Positions 49,140 through 58,118 of a stretch of 64,000 nucleotides of DNA are shown in pieces; positions within the stretch are counted from its first letter, which is position 1; the number at the start of each line of letters is the position of its first letter. The notes beneath the pieces are model-generated. The model saw nothing but the letters and a program-made list of their open reading frames with translations, did not search any database and was not told the DNA's origin. Both the position numbers and the translations under genes were made by a program. Location of the stretch: NCBI GenBank assembly GCA_963666735.1, contig OY762926.1, forward strand, positions 1,536,001 to 1,600,000. The letters run 5' to 3'. Source of the DNA: Gemmatimonadota bacterium. Lineage in GTDB: Bacteria > Gemmatimonadota > Gemmatimonadetes > Palauibacterales > Palauibacteraceae.

Positions 49140-50177
49140 TCAGTTTAGTGAGGCCTCCTTCCTCCCGTTGGCCGACTCCGATCCATCAACCGGCGTGACG
49201 GGGAGTGCGCGGTTGATCCAGACTTCCTCCGGGAGTTCCACAGCCCTCGGCGGGCCGACGACGAAGCGGTCGGGGCGGGCGGCGTAGGCCGCGGCCAGCA
49301 CGTTCCGCCGTTGCTCGATCACCTCGGGGGCGCGGCCGAGGTGGACCTGCTCGGGGGTGAGCAGGCCGATGCCGCCGTGGCGGTGTTGGGTGTTGTACCA
49401 CTGGAAGAACTCCCGGCAGAAGTCCTTCGCCTCCTCGATGCAGCCGAACCGACCGGGGAAGCCCGGGTGATACTTGAGGGTCTTGAAGTGCGCCTCCGAG
49501 TACGGGTTGTCGTTCGAGACCCTGGGGCGGCCCAGCGACTGCGTGACGCCCAGGTCGGCCAGGAGCTGCGCCGTGCACTTGGCCGTCATGGGGGATCCCC
49601 GATCCGAGTGCAGCGTGAGGACCCGGGGCCGCACACCGTGCCTGAGACACGTCTCGCCGACCAAGTGTCCGGCCAGGCCTGCGGTCTCGCGCTCCGCCAC
49701 CATCCATCCGGTGACGTAGCGGCTGTAGATGTCCAGGATCACGTACAGATAGAAGTACCGCCACTTCTCCGGCGCCAGCAGCCGGGCGATGTCCCAAGAC
49801 CACACCTCGTTCGGTGCCTTGGCCACCACCTCGGGCTTCGGGTGGTTGGGATGGCTGCGCTGAGCCCGGCGCTCGCGGACCGCCCGGTTCTCGGCCAGGA
49901 TCCGGTACATCGTCCGCTCCGAACACAGATAGACGCCCTCGTCCAGCAGCGTCGCGTACACCTCCGCCGGCGCGCGGTCGGCGAAGCGCGGCGAGCACAG
50001 CACGCCGAAGACCTCCGCCCGCTCCGCCGCGTCCAGGGCCCGGGCGGGAGCCGGCCGGGGCCGCCGCCGCCCGGTCTTCGGCCTCCGGCGACGGTAGAAC
50101 GTGGCGCGCGCGACCCCGAGGGCCTCGCACGCCGCGCGTACGCCCACGTGCCCGGCCAAGCCTCCGGCCGCGCTCAA
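49140..50177 (-). CDS. IS3 transposase OrfB (rve/DDE)
   Basis: VWSWDI, ILDIYSRY, LHSDRG, NDNPYSEAHFKTLK. Confidence 0.92.
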   Translation of the reverse strand: MSAAGGLAGHVGVRAACEALGVARATFYRRRRPKTGRRRPRPAPARALDAAERAEVFGVLCSPRFADRAPAEVYATLLDEGVYLCSERTMYRILAENRAVRERRAQRSHPNHPKPEVVAKAPNEVWSWDIARLLAPEKWRYFYLYVILDIYSRYVTGWMVAERETAGLAGHLVGETCLRHGVRPRVLTLHSDRGSPMTAKCTAQLLADLGVTQSLGRPRVSNDNPYSEAHFKTLKYHPGFPGRFGCIEEAKDFCREFFQWYNTQHRHGGIGLLTPEQVHLGRAPEVIEQRRNVLAAAYAARPDRFVVGPPRAVELPEEVWINRALPVTPVDGSESANGRKEASLN

Positions 50178-50608
50178 GAGCGCTTCCCGTCCCCGGGGCT
50201 CACGCCCGGCAGCCCCGCAACTTTTCCCTGGACATCGATGATGATGCGCGCCTTGCGGAGTTCCTCGCGCAACCGCGCGTTCTCCCGCTCCAGCTTCCGC
50301 ACCCTCCTCGCCTCACGCTTCCCGCCCGAGGGCTTCGGTCCGCGTCTCTTCGCCAGCCCCCGCAGCGATCCCTCCCGCGCCGCTTTCCGCCACGCCGACA
50401 GGTGCGAGCCGTACAATCCCTCGCGCCGAAGCAACGCTCCGATCTCGCCCGACGTCTCGCAGGCGTCCGCCTCCTCGACGATCGACAGCTTGTACGCCGC
50501 CGTGAAGCGCCGCCGCGTCGCCTTCGCCGACACCTCCGGATCCGCCGCGGAAGCCGCCGCGCTTCGCCCGCCCTCCCCTGAAGAGAGGGGCGTTCCGTTC
50601 ACCTTCAT
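50174..50608 (-). CDS. IS3 transposase OrfA (HTH + leucine zipper)
   Basis: RRRFTAAYKL...LRREGLY...LERENARLREEL. Confidence 0.9.
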   Translation of the reverse strand: MKVNGTPLSSGEGGRSAAASAADPEVSAKATRRRFTAAYKLSIVEEADACETSGEIGALLRREGLYGSHLSAWRKAAREGSLRGLAKRRGPKPSGGKREARRVRKLERENARLREELRKARIIIDVQGKVAGLPGVSPGDGKRS

Positions 50609-51429
50609 TCCTTCTCCTCGTTCCATCCTCAATCTCTCTGTCTCGCCCTACTCTAATCTCTTGCTCCTCTCGTGTCTCGCGCGTGTTGGCAGAGAGGGGA
50701 TGCTCCCACGAATAGCGTCGCTTCGGAACGAAGTCGCCGTCCTGGTAGTACCGGCTGAAGAAGGCGTACAGGTGGTTGTAGATGTCGCGCCGCACGTCTC
50801 CGGCCGACTCGGCGTGGCGTGCCCGCTCGCGCCACAGGATGTACTTCTTCCCGAGCGGAGTCTCCTCGTACTTGACGAGTTCTCCGTTCGGCGCGATCAC
50901 ATTCTCGCCGAAGGAGTCCACAACCTGCTGCCGCGTTTCCTCGAAGGTGTCGGCCCGCTTCCCCTCGGTCTCGAGGGCCCCTTCGCTTACGGCCTCCTCG
51001 ATGGCGCCCGGCAGATCCCGGTCGATGTAGCGGTCGATGACCTCCCGCTTGTGGTTCATGATCCGGTAGATGCCGAAATCCAGATCCGCGCAGTCGAACT
51101 GGAACAACTCGCGCAGGAGCCCCTGGAACCGGGCCTGCTCCTCCGGCGGCGGCGAGGCCTGTGTCGAGGCGTTCTTCGGTGCCCACCGCTTGTGGAACGG
51201 TGTTCGTGTCAACCTACGGCTCCCGGTCCGGTGGAACGGGTCGGCAGGGATTCGACGGGGTCCGTGTACCGAGTAGCATGGCACGGAGTTTGCGCCAGAA
51301 CGTGGCTTGAGGCAATGCGCCCGGCGGCAGGCCCCGGTGCAAGAGCAAAGCTGTTGCCCGGAACGTCCACGCTTCTATTGCGTCCACGGTGCGTCGGGAC
51401 ACACGGTTACCGAGGATCGACCCCATCGA

Positions 51430-51590
51430 GTCCAGAGAAAACGGGTGCGCAAGCCCGATGGCGGAGGGTCGTGCTTCAGCTGCTTCAGGGCCGGGGGCAC
51501 CGGAAGGTGCAGGCGCGCTTGGCGGCGAAGCGGATCCGAGCGCGCAAGAATCGGGTCTTGCGGCCAACGCAGGAGCACGGGTTGCCGGCA
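51430..51590 (+). mobile_element. Degenerate, internally deleted IS3-like remnant
   Basis: Translates as VVLQLLQG (orfA-like) followed by GHRKVQARL...RARKNRVLR...EHGL (orfB HTH-like). Confidence 0.5.
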
Positions 51591-51697
51591 ACTGCCGCCC
51601 CAGCACCCTCCCATGTTCACCGACCTTAGGTGGTTCCAGATGGCCGTGTCGAGTATTCTTAGGTGGGTGATGCGGCGGTACATCAGGGGTGGCTCCG

Positions 51698-53149
51698 ATG
51701 GAAATCCAAGAGATTCACAACAGAATCCGTGATCGATTTGCGTACCTTTCCGCTACGGTGGAAGGCGCGTCTGCGATGGGGCAGAGCGACATCCACCGCC
51801 TGTCCGAGGCCATCGTTTGCCCTGTCCTCAAGATCGTCCTGAAACTCCCGGCTCTTCGCAATCTCAACTCGGTTGAGCGAGACAACTTCCCCGGCATCGA
51901 TCTTGGAGATCCCGTAGCCGGCGTTGGCATCCAAGTCACCGCCCGCGCGGATGCTCCGAAGATCCGGAGCACGATCAAGAAGTGCATCAGCCACGGCCTT
52001 CATCAGACCTATCCGCACCTTCGCTTCTTTGTGTTGACCAAGAAGCAGAGTACGTACCGCCTTAACGTGAAGCCTGATCTCAGCGGCAAGCTAAGATTCG
52101 ACCCCCGTGTGGACATTCTCGACTACACAGATGTTCTTAAGGTCCTCGCGAAGCTCCCCACAGCAGACCTATCGGCCGTGGAAGAAGTTCTTGAGGCCGA
52201 TCTCGGCATACGCTCCGCACCCAGCATACGCAGCTCCTGGACTTCCACGGAGGAGCACGGCTGGCTCAACCTACTCCCAATCACTTTCCCTTCTCGATTG
52301 TATCTCGGAGAGGTGATTCCAGAGGCGCGACCCAGGAGCCGCTCGCGGCACCGCAATCCTCGCCATCTTGCACGAAAGTATTTGTCTGACAACAGGCTAA
52401 CGTTCTCATCCGATTGGAGTATCTACGATGGTCAGGTCATCACTTTTCACGACCTCCGGCAACGTGATCTGCCGCTATCGCGACTGGTCGATCCTGGCAC
52501 GGTGACCGATTTCGCCACCGAGGAGTACCACAGCGTTGACAACAACTACCGTCACGCCTTCAAGCATCTTCTCCGCCTCTGCATGCAACAGATGCTCTAT
52601 CGCCGCGGGGTTTTCTGGCAACATAAGGTCGGGCTTTTCTGCTTCGGCCCTCCTGACGACGGACGCATGAAGCGATATGAGTCCTGGGGCGACAAGAAGA
52701 CTGCGACTCGATTGGTGTTCAAGCGCGTACCGAAGCGGGACGCGCCAGAAGAAATTTACCATTGCAAACATTTCGCTTTCCGTGCCACTTTTCACGTGCT
52801 CTCTTCGACTTGGTATGTGTCGATCCGACCTGAGTGGTTCTTCAGTTACAATGGTTATCACAGGTGGTTCCACGGCGCTGAGAGGGTCGACTACTTGAAG
52901 CGCCGCGAGAAGAACCAAACGGTGTTCAATCACGTCAAGTTTCTTGCGCATTTTCTCGGCGGGGGGACGCATCCCGACCTCTTCCGGACCCTGCCGACTT
53001 ATCCCTTTCTCACGTTTGGACCACTCGCATCCGTCGCCGGCCTTCCGCAGCTCGATGACAATCTTTGGCGATCTGCCGAAGTAGGGCCGATCCATGCGAC
53101 ACTTGTGGATCCGAAGGGTGTGATTCCCCTCGAGTTGGAGGGCTGGTGA
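51698..53149 (+). CDS. SMEK-like nuclease domain fused to an APAZ domain (short pAgo partner)
   Basis: N-term DIHRLSE...NLNSVERDNFPGIDLGD...IQVTA...KIRSTIKK (SMEK-like); C-term NLLPITFPSRLY...HFAFRATF...WYVSIRPEWFFSYNG...KRREKNQ (APAZ-like). Confidence 0.8.
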   Translation: MEIQEIHNRIRDRFAYLSATVEGASAMGQSDIHRLSEAIVCPVLKIVLKLPALRNLNSVERDNFPGIDLGDPVAGVGIQVTARADAPKIRSTIKKCISHGLHQTYPHLRFFVLTKKQSTYRLNVKPDLSGKLRFDPRVDILDYTDVLKVLAKLPTADLSAVEEVLEADLGIRSAPSIRSSWTSTEEHGWLNLLPITFPSRLYLGEVIPEARPRSRSRHRNPRHLARKYLSDNRLTFSSDWSIYDGQVITFHDLRQRDLPLSRLVDPGTVTDFATEEYHSVDNNYRHAFKHLLRLCMQQMLYRRGVFWQHKVGLFCFGPPDDGRMKRYESWGDKKTATRLVFKRVPKRDAPEEIYHCKHFAFRATFHVLSSTWYVSIRPEWFFSYNGYHRWFHGAERVDYLKRREKNQTVFNHVKFLAHFLGGGTHPDLFRTLPTYPFLTFGPLASVAGLPQLDDNLWRSAEVGPIHATLVDPKGVIPLELEGW

Positions 53150-54570
53150 AGCTTAGCGTGCTACCGGAGCCCAGTCTCGAGTTCGGGCGCGGGCAGCACG
53201 TCTGCCCTCGTGCCGGGATCTACGAACATGACGTGTACGATTCCGTTTTGGCGGTGCGTCGAGAACACTTGTGGGTCGGAGCAGTCGGAGTCAGCGACGA
53301 CCTCGAGACTCTTGCCACATGGATACAACGGTGCCAAGGCCCCATTCCGGCCAAACTCAATGCCCGGCAACCAACACTATTTCCTGCATTTTGCGGCTTC
53401 AATCGGGATGTCGGCTTCCGCGCAAACATGTCGTTGCAGGATGAGATCACACGCACGTTACCGAAAGCAGCTGTCCGGAACATCGTCCGGATCAAGCAGT
53501 TCAATCGGCGCGTGGAGGCTGCCGTTCAACTCTTCTTTCCTCACGTCAAGTTTCTTTGTCAGAATCGAACGGTCGATGTGGTCGTTTGCGTCATCCCAGA
53601 TGACCTCTACGACGTCATCTCCAAGAGGAGTACCGCCTCGGCGGACGATCACATAAAGGATTCGGATACCGATGACCTCGTCGAGGCGAATTTTCGTAGG
53701 GCTCTAAAGGCAGCTTGTCTGCATTTGGGTGTACCCTTGCAACTTGTCCGCGCGAAATCTCTCAAGCCCAATCCACCGGGCATGCAGGACGACGCGACCA
53801 AAGCTTGGAATTTCTGCACCGCGCTCTATTACAAGGCGAATCAGACGGTACCCTGGCGACTCCCCCTCGATGCGAATGCGCCGAGCACATGCTACGCCGG
53901 GATAGGCTTCTTCAGGAGCCGGGACAGGAGCGTGCTGCACACGAGCCTGGCTCAGATCTTTGACGAGCTCGGAAACAGTGTCATCCTTCGAGGTACGCCA
54001 GTTGGCGTTGACAAGAACGACAGGCGACCGTTCCTGCGGGCGGATCAAGCGGAGGAATTGCTGGCAAGAGCTCTGGGGGAATACCGGGATGCGCTGGGCC
54101 ACGCTCCGGCTCGTATGGTTCTACATCGGACGTCACGCATTCGACCGGATGAACTTGAAGGTTTTGAGTCTGCCACGTCGACGGCGGGGGTGTCCACGCT
54201 GGATTGTGTGATTGTGCGCGACACGGACGTACGATTGTTTCGTCAAGGACTCTATCCTCCGCCACGAGGGACGATGATGTCATTGTCGAAGGCGGAGCAC
54301 GTTCTATACACGCGCGGATCGGTCCAGTACTACCACACCTATCCGGGTCTATATGTGCCTCAGCCGCTACGGATTACCACGGAGCACACAGAGGGATCCC
54401 CCAGCATGATAGCTAAGGAAATCATAGCGCTCACCAAGATGAACTGGAACAACACGCAGTTCGACGGCAAGTACCCCATCACGCTCCACTGCGCCCGACA
54501 AGTTGGCAGCATCCTCAAATATCTGGACGAGGGCGAAAGACCACCGATCAGCTACAGCTACTACATGTAA
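53146..54570 (+). CDS. Short prokaryotic Argonaute (MID-PIWI, catalytically inactive), 474 aa
   Basis: LPEPSLEFG, NFRRALKA, QDDATKAWNFCTALYYKA, PWRL, CYAGIGF, YPPPRGT, YPGLYVPQP, LTKMNWN, PITL; GTGA overlap with partner. Confidence 0.93.
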   Translation: MKLSVLPEPSLEFGRGQHVCPRAGIYEHDVYDSVLAVRREHLWVGAVGVSDDLETLATWIQRCQGPIPAKLNARQPTLFPAFCGFNRDVGFRANMSLQDEITRTLPKAAVRNIVRIKQFNRRVEAAVQLFFPHVKFLCQNRTVDVVVCVIPDDLYDVISKRSTASADDHIKDSDTDDLVEANFRRALKAACLHLGVPLQLVRAKSLKPNPPGMQDDATKAWNFCTALYYKANQTVPWRLPLDANAPSTCYAGIGFFRSRDRSVLHTSLAQIFDELGNSVILRGTPVGVDKNDRRPFLRADQAEELLARALGEYRDALGHAPARMVLHRTSRIRPDELEGFESATSTAGVSTLDCVIVRDTDVRLFRQGLYPPPRGTMMSLSKAEHVLYTRGSVQYYHTYPGLYVPQPLRITTEHTEGSPSMIAKEIIALTKMNWNNTQFDGKYPITLHCARQVGSILKYLDEGERPPISYSYYM

Positions 54571-54624
54571 GTGTGACGCTCCGCGGTGTCGGATGCTTCC
54601 CGCCGCAGCTCGACGCCGGTCGAT

Positions 54625-55605
54625 TCAAGTCGGCAGGATACAGTGGTCCTTGAACAGACCCACGACGATACGGCCTTCGCGAAGCCCGGACGAACTCTCC
54701 GACGGCGGCTCGTAGAGAAAGTGAATCCGGTCAATGTTCGGTCGCAGTTTGACGTGCCACCAGAACACCTTCTCACGGCCTCGATGCCAACGAGTGCGGT
54801 CGCGCTGCGACGGAGAGTGTCGCTTGGTACGGCCATTCTCATCCGAGATTGGCGCACCAACGTTCGCAGACAAGACGTCTCCCAATTCGCCTGGGGCAGC
54901 CCGAAGCTCGCAAAAGCACGAGGCACCGTGATCGCTGAGGCCGCCTAAACAGTGAACGAGCTCATCTCGAACAGCAATATATGGACGGCTGAAGTCCCGG
55001 AGACCTCGCCAGATGTCGTCGGCCCAGCCGAGTGCCGGAAAAGCCGACCGCGCCAAGCTTGCGAACTTCGCCTCATCGGCGTTCTCCAGTCTGACGATTG
55101 ATCGAAAGAAGGCGACGTGGTGGGACTCGCGGGTGACAAAAAAGATTCCTAGCTTGGTGTCGGTTATGGTCACCGACACCCTCCCAACTGGCATTTCGCC
55201 GAGGGGAAGCGGAAGAACCGCTACCTGATGCCCCTCCCGGCACGAAGCGTGCGCCCATGCCGCTCCGGGAGCGCGACGCACATCCCCGTCGAATACCGCA
55301 TCGTATTCGGCTAACGTAGAGTCATCGAAGTCGTTGGCCCGGTCGAGGGCCAAGTATAGTTGGGAGGCGAGGTCGCGGTCGAGGCGTACAGGACAGCTTG
55401 AATCGAACAGCAGCGAGAAAAGCTGAAGGCCGCCACCAAGATCGGCCTCATAGTATTCCTTGTACTTCGCGACGCGTTCGCCTCGGCGTCGGGCCACTTC
55501 GAGTCGATCAAGCAGCCGCTCGATGGCATCGGTCAACACCCCGACAGGATTGGCTTTGCTCGCCCCGGCCCATGAGGACTCGTCTAGTACGAAGCGGATG
55601 CTCAT
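54625..55605 (-). CDS. Putative effector (NsnC-like position) with RelE-like C-terminal motif
   Basis: FWWHVKL...DRIHF...IVVGLFKDH; ATGA overlap with the ATPase. Confidence 0.65.
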   Translation of the reverse strand: MSIRFVLDESSWAGASKANPVGVLTDAIERLLDRLEVARRRGERVAKYKEYYEADLGGGLQLFSLLFDSSCPVRLDRDLASQLYLALDRANDFDDSTLAEYDAVFDGDVRRAPGAAWAHASCREGHQVAVLPLPLGEMPVGRVSVTITDTKLGIFFVTRESHHVAFFRSIVRLENADEAKFASLARSAFPALGWADDIWRGLRDFSRPYIAVRDELVHCLGGLSDHGASCFCELRAAPGELGDVLSANVGAPISDENGRTKRHSPSQRDRTRWHRGREKVFWWHVKLRPNIDRIHFLYEPPSESSSGLREGRIVVGLFKDHCILPT

Positions 55606-56723
55606 GAGTCACGTCGCCGCCGGGCGGCCAAGGCCGAGAGGTCGACCTGAGTTTGGTCAAAAAACCCGGCTGGCCAGTCGGTGAGCTGGCCGGTTCGCCG
55701 CAGCCCCAGCGACTCAACAGCCGAGCCCTGTTGATCCTCGGCTCTGAAGAAGTGGATCGCGGCCTGCCTCTCGCGAAGGACTGCGCTGCCTTGGGCGACC
55801 GCTACGCGGATGCCGTTGAGCACGTGATCGCTGTGGGTTTCGATGAAGACTTGCACGCCGTCGGCTGCGACTTGGGCCAGAAAGGCGCCGATAGCGGATT
55901 GGCCAGCCGGGTGTAAGTGGGCCTCGGGGTTCTCTACGAGGAGCAGCCCGCCGACTGGTGCGCGAAGAGCTGCGACGATGACCGGCAACGCATAGGAGAT
56001 ACCGAATCCGGCGTTAGGCGCGCGCATCCACTCGGTCCGAAGGCCCGGGGTCTTGAAACGCAGAAAGGTGACCGAAGTGTTGGGAAACCATCCCGCATCA
56101 ATCTGTGTCGGGCGAACGATCCTGCCGATCCAGCTCTCCGTCTGGTATAGGAGACCGGTAAGCGTCGTCTCCGCCGTGTCGATGGCCAGTCGGCCATCTC
56201 TCACGCGCGACCGACCGAAGGAGGCTAGAACCTGAGCTACGAACTCCCCGCGCACACCGACTCCGAGTTCTTCTATGTTGGCAGCACTCGCGCCGAGCAC
56301 GTCCCGCGGCCCCAGCCGCTCCGCGCACAAGTAGGCAAATTGCGGTGGCGGTTCAGCGATTGCTCCCTCGTAGTCGGGAGATCTGTCTACAACAGCTGCG
56401 TTCAAGGTCCGTTCGTTCTCAGGGGCACGAAACGACCAGCGCCAATGTTTGCCCTCGGCCTCAAGGACTTCGATGGCCGCAGGCTCGTCGCCGGCTTCGC
56501 GATGGATGACGTCTTCGGCACTACCCAGCTCCAAGCTATCGACGCCGTTCAACTCGACATGGCTCTGCCCGGATTGCCGCGTCATCTGTCGTGCTAGGAG
56601 CAGAGAATGCAGGACGGAGGTCTTTCCGGCGCCATTGGCACCTGTCAAGACGGTGAGTTCGGCGGTCCTCAGTTTCAACTCGTGAAACCGCTTGAAGTTC
56701 TCAAGCCGGATCTCAGCGATCAC
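55602..56723 (-). CDS. AAA ATPase with DUF3696-like C-terminus (NsnB-like)
   Basis: LENFKRF, GANGAGKT, GFGISYALP, VENPEAHLHP, ETHSDH, WPAGFFDQ. Confidence 0.88.
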   Translation of the reverse strand: MIAEIRLENFKRFHELKLRTAELTVLTGANGAGKTSVLHSLLLARQMTRQSGQSHVELNGVDSLELGSAEDVIHREAGDEPAAIEVLEAEGKHWRWSFRAPENERTLNAAVVDRSPDYEGAIAEPPPQFAYLCAERLGPRDVLGASAANIEELGVGVRGEFVAQVLASFGRSRVRDGRLAIDTAETTLTGLLYQTESWIGRIVRPTQIDAGWFPNTSVTFLRFKTPGLRTEWMRAPNAGFGISYALPVIVAALRAPVGGLLLVENPEAHLHPAGQSAIGAFLAQVAADGVQVFIETHSDHVLNGIRVAVAQGSAVLRERQAAIHFFRAEDQQGSAVESLGLRRTGQLTDWPAGFFDQTQVDLSALAARRRRDS

Positions 56724-57876
56724 CGGAGCACCTCGCGCGCCACTTCGCGTACACTGCCGAGCCGCGTCTTTACGTTGCGGACATCACCCGTACTGCCGCT
56801 GATGGATCCGACAAAATCGGAGTCGTGGGTCATCATCTCGCGTGCCCGGCGGACCAACTCCGCAGTTTCCGCCCGGACTGTGGTTTCACCATAGTCCGCC
56901 AGCACGGTCCCCCAGCTCTCGAACAAGGCCCGGTTGATTGGGTTGCGCCGTTGGGCGTCCCATGGCCATTTGCGGAAAGCATGGTCTTCGAACACGGCGT
57001 AGCAGTTGGTCATACCGCGGACGAAGTCGGCACGAAGCCGGTCAAGATTCTGGCAGGCCGGTCGTCGAGTTCCTGGGTCGCTGCTCCGAGGAAGTCGTCG
57101 AAGTTGCCATACTGACCGTACTCACTAGGTGTAAACAGGCGGAAGGCGACGAACCGTAACGTGACCTCTCGGTCCGCCATCCGCGGATGGCCACTAAGCG
57201 CACCTCCCGTGGCAAGCGAGAAGCTCTCATCGGTGGCCAACTCCTTCAAGAACCGGCGGGACCTAGCACCGCTCATGCAGTGGCGGATCTCCTGGGGACT
57301 CAGCGGACTTCCGCCTGTATTGATGCGTCGAAAAATGTCGAACTTCACCCGGTAAGGCGTCTGCGGGTCAATCACATGGGCCACGAACTGCGCACCGTTA
57401 AGCCTTCGACGAAATAGCGCAGCCAGATCGTCGAATCCTTGGCCCTCCAGATCATGCAGGTAGGCCACAGCGCCGAGCTTGAAGGCCTTCTGGTGTACGT
57501 ATCGGAAGATCGTTGTGAGGCGCTGGACCCCGTCGACCACCTGGAGCTGACCTGAGGCATTCTCGTTGAAGTAGAAGGAAGGCAGCGGGATGCCCAGCAG
57601 GAGCGACTCGATGAGGCCCCAACGCTGCCGAGGCTTCCAGACGTAGTGCCGTTGAAAATCCGGAGCTAGATCGATGTCACCGTCAGCGATCATGTCGACT
57701 ACTTGGCGCAGCGAGTAATGCTTCGTGTGAATCCGAATCTTCTCCGGATCCCAAGGCTCCGGATCGTCGGACGATGGTGGGGCTTGGGATTCGATCTCGA
57801 CGCCCGTTGCCTCGCTCTCGAAGTACTCCTCGCGTACCTCGTCTTCCGTCCCCAGGGACTTGTCACGGGTTGTCAT
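56720..57876 (-). pseudogene. DUF262 (ParB-like) protein (NsnA-like), split by a frameshift near 57050
   Basis: PDFQRHYVW, LIESLLLGIPLPSFY, VVDGVQRLTT, IFRRINTGG; protein-like sequence continues in another frame as QNLDRLRADFVRGMTNCYAVF...INRALFE. Confidence 0.8.
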
Positions 57877-58118
57877 GTATTCGGCTCCGTCCAAGTTTTT
57901 TCACTCGATCCCGGGTGGCACCGTGATCGGGCGGGCGTCTCGCTCTGGGGTCACACACCGGCGGCTTCTCCAACGACCTGCGACATCGACTGACGCTGCT
58001 TGAACCACGATAGCGATTCGCAGGCGCGTCTGCGACGGAATCTAACTCGATTCAACTCGTGCCTCCGTCTCTACGCCCACTTACAACGCCGCAGCCCACG
58101 AGGCCCGACGCTGCAGAG

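Larger units (their letters stand above)
49104..50696 (-). mobile_element. IS3 family insertion sequence
   Basis: orfA+orfB; imperfect IRs CTGCCAAC-N6-GAGACAC at both ends; GGG flanks (49101-03 / 50697-99); exact ends ambiguous within G runs. Confidence 0.9.
46434..51212 (-). pseudogene. mod: Type III DNA methyltransferase Mod (~1060 aa), interrupted by an IS3 element (parts 50697-51212 and 46434-49100)
   Basis: DLDFGIYRIMN...FVPKRRYSWEHP | YVVPYNGEEIHFHWANRDQYYVKS...IYIDPPYN...DYFAGSGTT; the parts rejoin in frame when the IS is removed. Confidence 0.9.

Noticed and set aside
53146..54570. Catalytically active long Argonaute
   Set aside because: No N/PAZ domains, and the DEDX tetrad positions are substituted
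42428..58118. Prophage or integrative element with att sites
   Set aside because: No integrase, phage genes, tRNA or flanking direct repeats were found by eye
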